Below, in pieces: positions 37,506-50,246 of a DNA stretch of 64,000 nucleotides. Each line of letters begins with the position of its first letter. The stretch's first letter is position 1. Made by a program: the position numbers and the translations under genes. The stretch comes from Selaginella moellendorffii (taxonomy: Eukaryota; Plantae; Lycopodiophyta): contig NW_003314330.1 of NCBI RefSeq assembly GCF_000143415.4, positions 960,089-1,024,088 of the forward strand, read 5' to 3'. The notes below the pieces were generated by a model. It did no database searches and was not told the DNA's origin. It saw only the letters and a program-made list of their open reading frames with translations.

Positions 37506-39277
37506 TTTTTTTTGGGGGGGGGGGGGGGGCTGCAGGGGGTTCCAAAAGTGTTAGTAGGGAGAGTGTGGGGGTTGGAGTCCTAGTGGAGCCAGTTTAGCCA
37601 GGAAAGGCCAGTTTGGCCCAGGAAGGCCATACCTAGTGTTAGGTGATGAACTAACCACTGGGAAGTCCAAGACTAGAGTGAATACAGACCAACAAGCAAG
37701 GTAGCTTAGTGAAGTGTTCAAGAGCCGGCTCTAGTTCCCCTGGGAGATTGACTGGCCGATACTCCCAGTCCAAGTGTGGGTGGCACTACCTACTTGGATA
37801 CCAGGCGTGGCTCAATGGAACCTTGCTCTAAGCCCATGGCTAGAGCACCCAAAGGCGGAAGGCGGGGAGAGTACCCATGAGGCCCGCATAGGGCCACGGT
37901 GTTCCGGAATGTTGTCCCAAAGGCCCAGACTGTGGAGAGGAAGAGGAGTAGTCCTCTGGTGTAGTGACCAAGGATACAGTCGAGTGGTGAGGAAGTCCCA
38001 GAGGACCGTGGGACTTAGTGGTCAGGCCTGTGGGCCTCGATCCAGTGGCAGTGTTGGCGAACACGGCCATGGGTAGAAAGGGACTTAATGAAGACTGGAA
38101 AAGGGATATTGGGGAAGGCTATTCCCTTTGTCTGTGGGCATCCTAAGGATGCTAAGGAGTGGATCTTGAATGATCACTCATGGACGGATGGCCTAGTCTT
38201 TGAGAGACGGGACTGTGGTGTAGGTGGTGTCAGACCACCGATGGGACCAAGGTGAATGGGCATGGCCTTAGCGTAATGAGCTGATGTGTCGGTGGTACTT
38301 TCGGGTGTCGATCATGGGACCGGACATGTGGAGCACTGGGACCAACTGCAAATGTTGAATGGCATGGATGCCATTCTCGAGGCTAGCAAGCCCCAAGTCC
38401 TGAGTGGGACTTATGGAGGTTGTGAATAAGACTCCTCCAAGTGGTCAGAGGTGTGGTTAAGTGGCTAAAGTAGAGAGGAAAAATTTAGTCGCTTACAGTA
38501 AATTGGCAAATTGGAAAGGAAACATTTGAGGCTTACACCCTCTTGGTCGGATTCGATGAAGGCTTGCTGGGCTGGGCATTTGTGGATGGATGGATCGCTC
38601 CATAGCAGTAGGAGAACCAGCAAAGCAGTGGAGATGTAGTGGCGATGGCAATAGCCGCAGCAGCATTAGAAATCTAGCCCCACGAGTGCAATTGCCATTG
38701 GAATCACCGAACGGATTGGGATTCCAGCTGAACGTGGTCGAGACCAACAATGCTAGATCTGCACCGACTCACCTTGGATTCTAGAAATCTAGCAGCGTAG
38801 CGGCAATGCACCTGGCGCCATCAATCGATCTCCTCTGCGGGCAAATATCTGATAAGTAGTGGAATATTTTGGTTCCCATGAATCTAGGCCATCTATCAGC
38901 GAGTGTGCCTCTTAATCGTGTCACTTGGAAACAAGCCCAGCTTAGAAGACACACAATTTTTTCTAGTTACGTGTTTGTCATCTCAAGACACTTAAAAGAG
39001 GATTACAAGGACGACGAAAGCCAATATAATATACACTACACCCCTTTTTGTCCAACTATGTACCTCACATACACACATGCTTTGTAAGTACATTTTTTAG
39101 AAGCTTTTCATTGGCATCGAAGGGGCCTCCTCATATACATTGTCCTCAAAATATGTTAAGGGAAGAAAAAAAACGAAGAAGAACACTAATAGTAAGAGAC
39201 CTGGTGTAAGCAAAAAGATGGATGCCCCCCTCCCTCCCCCTAAGTAGTGTTGTTGTTACATCGTCAATGTAGCGACA

Positions 39278-40208
39278 GTTTGACCACATGCCGCAGAGGG
39301 ATTCGGTATCACAGACCGCCATGGTTGCAGATTATGCCCAATGCGGGCATCTTGAACTTGCGACGCGATTGTTACAGGAGATGCCTCGGCACAATCTTCT
39401 GTGTTGGAATGCAATCCTCTTGGCGACCGCTGCCGAGGTCCGGATAAGCAGAGAAAGTCAGATCTTTGAGGAAATGCCCGAGTAAGACATCGTTTCTTGG
39501 AGCACGTTGCTTTTGGCATATGCCCAGAACGGTCTCTTGGACGAAGCCAAGCAAACTTTTGGACTGATGCCTCAGCACAACTCCACGTCTTCGACAGCCA
39601 TGCTTGCGTCGTATGCGCAGCACAAGCAGCTGCGAGAGTCCAAGGTTTTTTTCGACGACATGCTGGAACGCGACGTGGTTTCGTGGACTGCGATGCTTGC
39701 AGCGTATGCTCACAATGGTCACGTCAGGCATTCCGAAAGGCTGTTTGAGTCGCTTCCCGAACGGGACACCATCTGCTGGAGCGCTATGCTTGCCGCTCTT
39801 GTTCAAAACGGGCTCTACTTGGAAGCTTTTGTTGTTTTTGACGAGATCAAGATGGCGGGATCAATTGACAAGGTGTGTTTTGTATCGATCTTGCTTGCAG
39901 CCAGGGAGGGAAGGTTTCCACTGCAAAATCGCTCTTCGTCTCGATGAGTCTTGGTTTTGGGTTTCAACCGAGCAAGCAGCACTATTGCTGCACGATTCTT
40001 TGGGCAAGCCGGGCATTTGGAAAATGCGCAAGACCTTGTGGCTAACATGCCATATGTACCAGATTCGATTCAGTGGAGGTGCTTGTTTGGAGCAAGCCGA
40101 AGTAACAATGATGCTCAACATGGAGCTTCGGTTGCTAGGGAAATAATCGGACTAGATAAAGAACATTCTGCTTCATATGAGCTTTTTGCCAACTTGATAA
40201 GGTTGTAG
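39278..40208 (+). pseudogene. 5'-truncated PPR duplicate (unit 2)
   Basis: Near-identical to 13737-14676, with a CAA>TAA stop near 39483 and frameshifting deletions. Confidence 0.9.
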
Positions 40209-40372
40209 ATTTTTTATTTATCCGTCATTTAGGCCCTTTAGTTTAAATAAATTGTAAATCTATAACTTTTACATTTTATTGGTAATCTCGCCATACATTT
40301 TGTAAGTACCCCAAGAATAGGTGAATATAACAATGTTCTGTGTTTTCTGAAACAGATTATTTGAAAAATATT

Positions 40373-41545
40373 ATGGCTGGTGTGAGAGCAATGGTGGATT
40401 TGGGTATAGATCATGTACCAAATGAATATTTGACATCCATATGCAAAGGCATAACCATCAAAGCTCCAAACAACCTCCCAATTATTGACTTAAGTGGCAT
40501 AGATAGTGATGATTTGAAAAGAAAATCAGCAGCTGAAGAAATTCATCTAGCATGCCAGAAATGGGGTTTTTTCCAGGTAAACAATCTCTTCTGAAATACT
40601 TTGCAAATTGTTCTAGTCAGGTCATCGGCCATGGGATATCTAACGAGCTTATGCAAGACATCATCAAAATGGTCCATTACTTCTTTAACTTGCCTGCCAA
40701 GGAAAGGATGGTTTACTACTCAACAGATATCTACAAGAGCTTTAGATTCTCCACAGGATCCATAGCAAGTGCAAGTAAAAAGTTTTGGAGCGACTATTTG
40801 TTCCAGCACTGTCAGCCAGCAGTTCACGAGGATGATCTACCAGAAAGTATTCCAAATTACAGGTACAAACTTTCCTTTAACAGATTTTTTTTTTCTCTCT
40901 GTTTTAACACTATATATTAACTATAACAAAGGAAAATTACAAGCAATTACGCCAAGGCTGTGGACGAACTTGCCAGAAAACTGCTGCGAATTATTGCTCA
41001 AAACCTTGGTCTAGGTTGGCAGATCCTGGAGAAACACTTGGATCCTCCCAAGCAAACCATGAAGATGACATATTATCCACAGTGACCATGCCCTGATCAA
41101 GCAATTGGCATAGGTTGCCATGCTGATCCAGGAACCATAACGGTATTACAACAAGAACTTGGAGTTGAGGGCCTTGAGGTTAACTACAATGGCCAATGGA
41201 TTCCTGTGAAGCCAGTTGAAGGCGCATTAGTCATTAATGTAGCAGACATGCTCCAGGTGAAATAATTTGATGACATTTTCTATGAGCTCTTAGTTTCCCT
41301 CTTACAGATACTAAGCAACAATAAATATAAGAGTGCGAGTTCTAGTGAACACTAAGAGGCCACGAGTTTCAATTGCTTCATTTTATGGTCCTACAGGTGA
41401 TAAACATATTGCCCCACTGGAGGAGTTGCTAGGTGACAATCCTCCCATGTTCAAAGCATGCTTGTTCAGAGAGTACATGGACAACTTCTACAAGAACCAC
41501 CTTGGGACGCGAAACATTGAGAAGCTCAGAATCCTAAACAACTGA
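40373..41545 (+). pseudogene. 2-ODD pseudogene (unit 2)
   Basis: TGT>TGA at 41083-41085. An 8-nt deletion near 41336 removes the distal Fe-binding His (EHRV). Confidence 0.9.
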
Positions 41546-41836
41546 TGATAGGAAATATATTGTCATGATAATACATTAATCCGATCCTATTATGATTAAT
41601 ACTACTAAGGCTGACATGACTGTGGCATTCCATCTGAAAGCTGTCTTACAACAGAGTTCGTGCAGTTCATATATCATATTCCTTCACGGGACTCTTGTTT
41701 GCATGTTTCTGTCCAAGAAGGCTGCATGATCAAATACAAAGCAAAGGCTGCACAACATTTCCCGTCTACACAAGGAGTTTCTTCTTCTCTTGGTAGCAGT
41801 CGATTATAGCAAGGGAGAGAGTTTCAGAGCTGTGCA

Positions 41837-42519
41837 ATGGGTGCATTGTTGAGATCCTTCGTTGTTCTCCTGGTATACAGATTAGCTCATTACTCCACTC
41901 CATTGATGTTTCTTCGATCCATTCCCAGTGATGAATTTTGTTATTTTCTCGTAGCTTGTCGTCGTCGCGGTGGAAGCGCGCTCCTGGTCTCCGCTCTACG
42001 GCACCAACGCGGGTGTGGGATTCAACGACACGAGTTCTTCCTCGGCGATCAAAACGCTCACCGGAATCCGCGTACGCTATGGCTGGGTGATCGACGGCAT
42101 CCAGGGACAATACACCACCGGCAGCTCTTCAACCTGGATGCCTAACCACGGCACAACCACGCAATTCACAGAGGTCAGTCGCCCAAAAGAACCAAAATGA
42201 GCGTTTCTAGTTTCAATCATTCCATTCCATGACGCAGATCCAAGTCGCCTATCCGTCCGAGAGGTTCGTGCGCGCCACCGGCAAGTACGGGCCGTACAGA
42301 AGCGAGAAGAACCAGGGGGTCACGGTGACGGAGCTGTCGTTCGTCACGTACAACAACATCACCGGCAAGAGCGTCACGTACGGCCCCTACGGCGGGCATG
42401 GGATGAGCGGCCAGACGAGCTTCCAGACGGCGGACGCGAGCGAGATCGTGGGCTTGTATGGATTCACCTCGGACTACATGCGCGGGATTGGTTTCGCGCT
42501 CGAGCGTACCAAGAACTAG
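41837..42519 (+). CDS. Secreted jacalin-related lectin, intact (unit 2)
   Basis: Same 3-exon structure as unit 1, open frame. Confidence 0.8.
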
Positions 42520-42822
42520 AAACTTGGCATCATGCCATGAATCTATCTATCTACTTACAATTGTTGATTTATAGTTGAATTTGAGAATGTAACCTCTGTT
42601 TCATCAGTCTTAATAAATACTCCACTTTGATAAAAAAAAGTCAATGGAAGTCAAATAAAGGTGGAAATGAAATTGTTCGCCGGTACACTCCCCCCCCCTG
42701 GATTGATGGACTTACCATGAGAAAGTCTTTATTGACCTTCACAAATTGAGTTTGAGTTGAGTGTAATATTGTTATGAATTGAATATTTACTAATTCTTTC
42801 AGATATCAGTGCATAAACCATG

Positions 42823-43335
42823 TCAATATGGTTTCTGGCCTATATAATTTCCTGGTGGATCATAGTTGCAACTAACAAGGTAAGAATTCATACCATTGCA
42901 CTGGACATAAGCGCATCCAACTCGAACAGAGTTCTTCCACACAACCTGCGTGTAGTGTCCACAGACCTTCTCTGCCGCGCAAGTGTTTGACGCATAGTTG
43001 TAGTCGACTCGCTCGTTCACCCAGGCAGCCACAGCGTCAGTGGCGGGAGGAGCAGGCAAGCCGGGACTTCCCCACCACTTCCACAAATTCTCGCCATATT
43101 TCCCACCCGAGTGGATCAGCGCGCAGTTCTTTTGATCCCGGAGAGTTGCCGCCCAGCTTGATGCAAACGCGGCCACTGTATCGTTCCAAACCAACCCCGA
43201 GACATTCACAGCCGACCGAGCTGCGTTGTGCGCGTCGACAAGATCACTCTGCTGGCTTGCTTGAAGAACAACCAAAGCATCACAAGAGAAGATCGCCAGA
43301 GTTGCAAAGAGGAGAGGAGAGCAAGGAGATTTCAT
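42823..43335 (-). CDS. PR1: PR-1 / CAP-domain secreted protein, intact (unit 2)
   Basis: Signal peptide, [38 protein letters not shown]. Confidence 0.93.
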   Translation of the reverse strand: MKSPCSPLLFATLAIFSCDALVVLQASQQSDLVDAHNAARSAVNVSGLVWNDTVAAFASSWAATLRDQKNCALIHSGGKYGENLWKWWGSPGLPAPPATDAVAAWVNERVDYNYASNTCAAEKVCGHYTQVVWKNSVRVGCAYVQCNGMNSYLVSCNYDPPGNYIGQKPY

Positions 43336-43764
43336 GTTGCTGGGGCGATGTTCACAATCAAGAGCAAACTCCTACGTTTATATGCAAGGTCGTTGTTCTG
43401 ATCGAGTTTTTCCACTTGTGGCGCCGACTTAGCGCTTGCGATTGTATACGATTTTTTGCTGCGACGGTGACCCATGAATCGAGTACGTTTTAGTTTGGTG
43501 CTCCATGACTTTAGCCGCCTCTTTTCCTTCCACTGCTCGAGGAGCTTCTCTTCTGGACACCCTCTGGATACAAATTCATGGATGGCAGTTTCCTCAAGCA
43601 ACTTGAATCATCCACATGAATCCATTACCAACACTTTAGTGTTTGCGTGAACTAACTGTATCCCAAAAAATCTCACAAAGGATTCTATTTTGTATTCAAG
43701 GTGGTAGTGATGGTCTTTGATCGAATTCTTGGTTTTTTTTTTTTTAGCTTCTCTCAATTTTCCA

Positions 43765-43940
43765 GGATCGCAAGCTTTGGAGCATGGGGTGGCTCCAGCG
43801 ATCCGAGTTCTCCGACCTCAAGGAGCGGAATTCGGGGCCCAAATGCCGGGCGTTCAAGGGGCAGGGGAAGATCCAGTGCCCCAGTTGTGATGGATCGTCC
43901 ATGAGCAGCAGCAAGGAGCTCCAGATCATAGATGTGTGAT
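43765..43940 (+). pseudogene. Last-exon fragment of a DnaJ-type zinc-finger protein
   Basis: After a tttccag acceptor: PKCRAFKGQGKIQCPSCDG...stop. Confidence 0.4.
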
Positions 43941-44257
43941 TGATAGTGTGTTGATAGTGTGCCCAAAATCTAGCCTGGCGCCAGCGCCGCATTCGTATCT
44001 GTGGTGCTTTTAGCGGACATCAGACAAATCTTCTTGCGGCTGGTTCTTATGATTGAACCATAGCTGTACAATGAGAGGTATCTCCACCTAATAGAGAGCT
44101 CTTGGCTTGGTCAATTAAAACTTGGATCTCTGTTTTAGTAGGAGACTCGGCCAGCCAAAGAAGCATGTTGTCCAAAGACGTTTTGTCTTAGCGTCCTAAA
44201 GACATCCATTTCTACTCTGGACCCATCGGCTCGTTGTAAATCCCTACATATCGCTTG

Positions 44258-44708
44258 AAGGAGAAGTCACCGTTCCGGTGTCAAGCCGCGTGTCTTGCAG
44301 TGAATGTATATCTGCATCCTGGGTAACCAAAGCCCAAGAACGTCAACTTTCTGTTTCAAGTTGGAACTTTTGGTGACCATCCGACGGTTGCAGAGGTACT
44401 CTTGCTTTTCCCTTAACTTCGCTAATTTTTGGAATTCAAGATCATTGTTTTGGGAACTGATGGCCTTTTTCACAATCTCTTCAACGACGACATAATCGAA
44501 GTTCTTAAAACATCTCTTTGGGTCCGACCAAGTCAACTTGAAGGTGAACTCTCGCTGTTGTCGCCAGGCAGCTGCAGCAGACCGTGTAGCTGGGGCGCAG
44601 GCCGAGCGTTTGGACAGCCCGTTTGCCAGGGCGGCTGCAAAGGCGAGAATGAATTGGAGCGGTGGAAAACTAGATGATACCACGGCACTTGTGGCGTTTG
44701 TGACGTGA
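44258..44708 (+). pseudogene. PTC7-type PP2C 3' fragment (unit 2)
   Basis: Paralogous to 19720-20185; IIVLGTDGLF, GGKLDDTT. Confidence 0.7.
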
Positions 44709-44769
44709 TATTTGAGTAAGCTCTTCAAGCAGTTTTTGCGGAGGCCAGTGTAAATTGCTCAGGCCGTTG

Positions 44770-44971
44770 ATTTTTGCGGAGGCCAGTGGAGCAGGGCAAG
44801 AAGCCATAATTTGGCTCACACCACTCCTCCTTGGCAGCTTTCCTGAGCCTCAACACGGACGGAAATCCCGCCTTGTCGACCGATGATCCGCTACTGACGA
44901 GCGGCCGCCGCTGCCAAGGAAAAGCATGCGAGCAGCACAAAGATCGGCAAGATGTAGCCTCTCGCCCTCAT
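44770..44971 (-). pseudogene. NCL (Na+/Ca2+ exchanger-like) 5' fragment (unit 2)
   Basis: MRARGYILPIFVLLACFSLAAAAAR signal peptide, frameshift, then EEWCEPNYGFLPCSTG, resembling the NCL CEQTYGFxPC motif. Confidence 0.6.
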
Positions 44972-45187
44972 GATCGAAGGGTAACCCCCTGGTCGATGGA
45001 AAAGGTATCCCTGTGGCGCGGAGCTCTAGATCTGCGCCGACTCACCTCGGGTTCTAGAAATCTATAGCGGCAATGCACCCGGCGCCATTGATCGATCGAA
45101 TCTGATAAGTAGTGGAATATTCTGGTTCCCGTGAATCTAGGGATAGCGCGTTCAGCGAGTGTGTCGGTGAGCTCTCTCTCTCTCTCT

Positions 45188-46081
45188 TCAAAATGGTCCA
45201 TTACTTCTTTAACTTGCCTGCCAAGGAAAGGATGGGGTACTACTCAACAGATATCTACAAGAGCTTTAGATTCTCCACAGAATCCATAGCAAGTGCAAAG
45301 AAAAAGTTTTGGAGCGACTATTTGTTCCAGCACTGTCAGCCAGCAGTTCACGAGGATGATGTACCAGAAAGTGTTCCAAATTACAGCTACAAACTTTCCT
45401 TTCACAGATCTTTTTATTTTACTTTTTTCTGTTTTAACACTATATATTCATTATAACAAAGGAAAATTACAAGCAATTACGCCAAGGCTGTGGACGAACT
45501 TGCCAGAAAACTATTGCGAATTATTGCTCAAAACCTTGGTCTAGATTGGCAGATCCTGGAGAAACACTTGGATCCTCCCAAGCAAACCATGAAGATGACA
45601 TATTATCCAGTGTCCATGCCCTGATCAAGTAATTGGTATAGGTTGTCATGCTGATCCAGGAACCATAACGGTGTTACAACAAGAACTTGGAGTTGAGGGC
45701 CTTGAGATTAACTACAATGGCCAATGGATTCCTGTGAAGCCAGTTGAAGGTGCATTAGTCATTAATGTAGCAGACATGCTCCAGGTGAAATAATTTTATG
45801 ACATTTTCTATGAGCTCTTAGTTTCCCTCTTACAGATACTAAGCAACAATAAATATAAGAGTGCGGAGCATCGAGTTCTAGTGAACACTATGAGGCCACG
45901 AGTTTCAATTGCTTCATTTTATGGTCCTACAGATGATAAACATATTGCCCCACTGGAGGAGTTGCTAGGTGACAATCCTCCCGTGTTCAAAGCATGCTTG
46001 TTCAGAGAGTACATGGACAACTTCTACAAGAACCACCTTGGGACGCGAAACATTGAGAAGCTCAGAATCTTAAACAACTGA
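45188..46081 (+). pseudogene. 5'-truncated 2-ODD pseudogene (unit 3)
   Basis: Begins mid exon 2. Donor gt>ct near 45387 and a 2-nt deletion near 45609. Confidence 0.9.
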
Positions 46082-46349
46082 TGATAGGAAACATATTGTC
46101 ATGATAATACATTAATCCGATCCTAATATGATTAATATGACTGTCTGAAAGCTGTCTTACGACAGAGTTCGTGCGGTTTATTTACCACATTCCTTCATGG
46201 GGCTCTTGTTTGCATGTTGCTGTCCAAGAAGGCTGCACAAGAAAAGCCAAAGTTCTAAGGCTGCACAACTCTTCTGTCTATAAAAGGAGTTTCTTCTTCT
46301 CTTGGTAGCGATCGATTATAGCAAGGGAGAGAAGTTTCAGAGTTGTCCA

Positions 46350-47008
46350 ATGGCTGCATTGTTGAGATCCTTTGTTGTTCTCCTGGTATACATATTAGCT
46401 CATTTTTCCAATGATGTTTCTGTGATGAATTCTTTTGTTTTGTCGTAGCTTGTCGTCGTCACGGTGGAAGCGCGCTCCTGGTCTCCGCTCTACGGCACCA
46501 ACGCGGGAGTGGGATTCAACGACACGAGTTCTTCCTCGGCGATCAAAACTCTCACCGCAATCCGCGTACACTACGGCTGGGTGATCGACGGCATCCAGGG
46601 ACAATACGCCACCGGCAGCTCTTCAACCTGGATGGCTAACCACGGCACAACCACGCAATTCACAGAGGTCAGTCGCCCAAAAGAACCAAAATGAGCAGTT
46701 TTCTCTTCTCCTAATCATTCCATTCCATGACGCAGATCCAAGTCGCCTATCCGTCCGAGAGGTTCGTGCGCGCCACCGGCAAGTACGGGCCGTACAGCAG
46801 CGAGAAGAACCAGGGGGTCACGGTGACGGAGCTGTCGTTCGTCACGTACAACAACATCACCGGCAAGAGCGTCACGTACGGCCCGTACGGCGGGCATGAG
46901 ACGAGCGGCCAGACGAGCTTCCAGACGGCGGCCGCGAGCGAGATCGTGGGCTTGTATGGATTCACCTCGGACTACATGCGCGGGATTGGTTTTGCGCTCG
47001 AGCCTTAG
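46350..47008 (+). CDS. Secreted jacalin-related lectin, intact, 3 aa shorter (unit 3)
   Basis: Same exon structure; ends FALEP-stop. Confidence 0.8.
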
Positions 47009-47401
47009 AAACTTGGATATAGATGATTAATCATTGAATCTATCTATCTACCTACTGTTGTTGATTTACAGTTGAATTTGAGAATGTAACCTCTGTTTGC
47101 GCCGATGACGCTGGTAGGTGTAATAATAATAAAGTCAATGGAAGTCAAATACAGGTGGAAATGAGATTGTTTGCCGGTACACTCTGGGAATTCACTCGCC
47201 AGAGCACCAATACACCACTTCGAGTCCAAAAGCCCATTCGTTCAATCCAGAGAGGATTATGACTGGATCAATATACCCCCCCCCCTCCCGGATTGGTGGA
47301 CTTACCACGAGAAAGTCTTTATTGACCTTGACAAATTGAGTGTAATATTGTTATGAATTGAATAATTACTAATTCTTTCAGATATCAGTGAATAAACCAT
47401 G

Positions 47402-47914
47402 TCAATATGGTTTCTGGCCTATATAATTTCCTGGTGGATCATAATTGCAACTAACAAGGTAAGCATTCATACCATTGCACTGGACATAAGCGCATCCGAC
47501 TCGAACAGAGTTCTTCCACACAACCTGCGTGTAGTGTCCACAGACCTTCCCTGCCGCGCAAGTGTTTGACGCATAGTTGTAGTCGGCTCGCTCGTTCACC
47601 CAGGCAGCCACAGCGTCAGTGGCGGGAGGAGCAGGCAAGCCGGGACTTCCCCACCACTTCCACAGATTCTCGCCATATCTCCCACCCGAGTGGATCAGCG
47701 CGCAGTTCTTTTGATCCCGGAGAGTTGCCGCCCAGCTTGATGCAAACGCGGCCACTGTATCGCTCCAAACCAGCCCCGAGACATTCACAGCCGACCGAGC
47801 TGCGTTGTGCGCGTCGACAAGATCACTCTGCTGGCTTGCTTGAAGAACAACCAAAGCATCACAAAAGAAGATCGCCAGAGTTGCAAAGAGGAGAGGAGAG
47901 CAAGGAGATTTCAT
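47402..47914 (-). CDS. PR1: PR-1 / CAP-domain secreted protein, intact (unit 3)
   Basis: 170-aa ORF with all CAP motifs. Confidence 0.93.
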   Translation of the reverse strand: MKSPCSPLLFATLAIFFCDALVVLQASQQSDLVDAHNAARSAVNVSGLVWSDTVAAFASSWAATLRDQKNCALIHSGGRYGENLWKWWGSPGLPAPPATDAVAAWVNERADYNYASNTCAAGKVCGHYTQVVWKNSVRVGCAYVQCNGMNAYLVSCNYDPPGNYIGQKPY

Positions 47915-48932
47915 GTTGCTGGGGCGATGTTCACAATCAAGAGCAAACTCCTACGTTTATATGCAAAGTCGTTGTTCTGATCGAGTTTTTCCACTTGTGG
48001 CGCCGACTTAGCGCTTGCGATTGTATACGATTTTTTGCTGCGACGGTGACCCATGAATCGAGTACGTTTTAGTTTGGTGCTCCATGACTTTAGCCGCCTC
48101 TTTTTCTTCCACTGCTCGAGGAGCTTCTCTTCTGGACACCCTCTGGATACAAATTCATGGATCTTTCTTTGGCAGTTTCCTCAAGCAACTTGAATCCTCC
48201 ACATGAATCCATTACCAACACTTCAGTGTTTGCGTGAACTAACTGTATCCCACACAAAGGATTCTATTTTGTATTCAAGGCGGTGGTGATGGTCTTTATC
48301 TTGGGATTAAAGACTGCAAAGTAAGCATACAAACCATGACAGACAGCAGTTGGTCCTTGTCAGCGATTTAAACAGCGAAGCAAACATTCCAGGCTTAGTA
48401 ATCTAGTCTAATCCTCGAAACCAAAGAAAAGTAAAACAAAAGAAAAAAAATCCGTGCAATCGCAAATCTCTCACTTGCACATGTTCATCCACCCCAAAGG
48501 TTTTTGACACATTATATTACACTGGTTGGTGTGCCAACATCGCCAACTTTGAGAGATTTTAAGACACCCCAAAAGAGCAAATCACTCCATCGTCTCTTTT
48601 GAATCCATCTTCACTTGAGTGAATCCCAGAGAGAGGAAAGAGAGAAATTACAGAATTGAGAGAAAATTTTATATAACACACCGGTGGGTAGTCTTGTCTT
48701 CTACTCCCAAAAAATCTCCTTGTTCCCTAGTGGGCCTCAATCTGTACAGCTTTGTTTTTGTTCTTCCATCGTCACTCTCAAACTTTTCTCAAATCTCTTC
48801 CAGTGTGTAGCTTCACAAAACGAAAAAAAGAAGAATTACATTAGAGCCATCAATCCTAAATGCAAAGTAAGCCTCGACACGATCGATCCAAGCCACTGTT
48901 TGATCCGATCTCGCATAGTTTTTGCGTTAATC

Positions 48933-50246
48933 TCAGCGCCCCTGCTTGCTACCACCCCTGCTCTTGTTAAAAGTCCTCAGCGGAGTTAGATAGAATCCCC
49001 AATCACTGTGACCGTTACCACTACCATGGGCCGTCGGATTCGCCAGCACGGACGACGGGGATTCACTCCGTATCATCCGGCGCCACCCGCCCGTGCTCCG
49101 GCTCCTCTGCAGCACGGTCGGGCTGGCACACGTGGCGGCCGTGCACTTGCGGTCGATGTCCATCAAGGACGCCACGCTGGACCTCGGCCCCGCCACGTAC
49201 GCGGCACCCCCGTCCCCGCTGTCCTCCACGTCATATGCCGCGTTGGTAATCACCTTGGTCGCCTCCCTCATGTCCAGCGCGATGAGCGAGGCCACCCGGG
49301 GTTCGATTCCCGGCGCCGACGCCCTCGGGGGCTCCAAGGAGGAGGTCGCAGGGTCGATTCCAGTGGGCGCGCTGGAATGATCGGCTGGAGGATCCCCGAG
49401 AGGAGTGAAGCTCTTCTTGATCACGCGCCCCGAGGAGACCGATCGGCTGCGCCACAGGCGATCGCGATCGGCGTGCGCGCCGCGGTGGTGGAAATCGTCG
49501 TTCCAGGCCTCGGGAGGGAAGAAATTCGTCTCCACGGCGCCGTTGTGGCTGGACTTCTTCTTCCTCTTGCGCAGCCCAAAGAGGGAGGAGATCCAGGAGA
49601 GCTTGCCGCCGCCGCCGCTGTGGTGATGGGGATTCCTGGCGCCGCGATGATCCCTGTCAACGTGATGAGCCACGGGCGTGGCGGATGCCGATACCAGGGG
49701 ACTGTGATAGGATCCAGCGGCATTCTTGCAGTTCCGAGCGGAGGAGAATCCATCCGCTGGAAACCCTCCTTCCCCCCCATTTCTTGAATCGGGAGCGGCG
49801 AATCGCGCAAACGCTGGATCCTTGGTGCTGGAGCTCCGCCGCGGCGGGTGCTGCTGCTGCCACTGCGAGAGAGATTTGGACCTGGGAAGACACGATGGAA
49901 CGCTCTGCTCTACCTCTTCGTCGTCGTCCTCGTCTCCATCCCCCTCTTTCTCTTCTATTCGAGCCACTGCCTCCTCGCTATCGCTCTCCATGAGCGAGAA
50001 GATCGTGCCGAGCTTACCGACGACGCTGCCGCTGCCGCATTTGCCATTGCCGTTGCTGTCGTCGGTCTTGGAGCACGAGGAGGAATCGAAGGAGCTCCTG
50101 GAGGAGGAGGAATTCGGGAGGAGCGTGTGGCTGCTGGAAGAATCGCCCGAGAGAGAGAGCCGGACGAGGCGATCCCGGAGGCACAAGTGACAAACCCCCA
50201 CCGGTTGCCTCTTGCTGGGATGAACCAAGCACACCCCTGGATCCAT
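48933..50246 (-). CDS. DUF740 / OCTOPUS-like protein, single exon
   Basis: CLVHPSKRQPVGVCHLCLRDRLVRL N-terminal motif, EPPRAS, RSRS boxes and C-terminal FYLTPLR. Confidence 0.75.
   Translation of the reverse strand: MDPGVCLVHPSKRQPVGVCHLCLRDRLVRLSLSGDSSSSHTLLPNSSSSRSSFDSSSCSKTDDSNGNGKCGSGSVVGKLGTIFSLMESDSEEAVARIEEKEGDGDEDDDEEVEQSVPSCLPRSKSLSQWQQQHPPRRSSSTKDPAFARFAAPDSRNGGEGGFPADGFSSARNCKNAAGSYHSPLVSASATPVAHHVDRDHRGARNPHHHSGGGGKLSWISSLFGLRKRKKKSSHNGAVETNFFPPEAWNDDFHHRGAHADRDRLWRSRSVSSGRVIKKSFTPLGDPPADHSSAPTGIDPATSSLEPPRASAPGIEPRVASLIALDMREATKVITNAAYDVEDSGDGGAAYVAGPRSSVASLMDIDRKCTAATCASPTVLQRSRSTGGWRRMIRSESPSSVLANPTAHGSGNGHSDWGFYLTPLRTFNKSRGGSKQGR

Larger units (their letters stand above)
31191..38497 (+). 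mobile_element. Non-autonomous LARD-like LTR element inserted in the outer 3' LTR
   Basis: LTRs 31191-32780 and 36795-38497, TSD GTAAA, PBS tggtatcggaac, PPT nearly identical to the outer element. The ~4-kb interior has no recognisable gag/pol. Confidence 0.88.
21519..38537 (+). mobile_element. Ty3/gypsy chromovirus-type LTR retrotransposon (outer element, decayed) with nested insertions
   Basis: TG...CA termini and TSD CCCTC on both sides. 5' LTR 21519-22623, PBS tggtatcg, PPT atgggtggtggagt, 3' LTR starts at 29404 and is interrupted. Confidence 0.93.
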
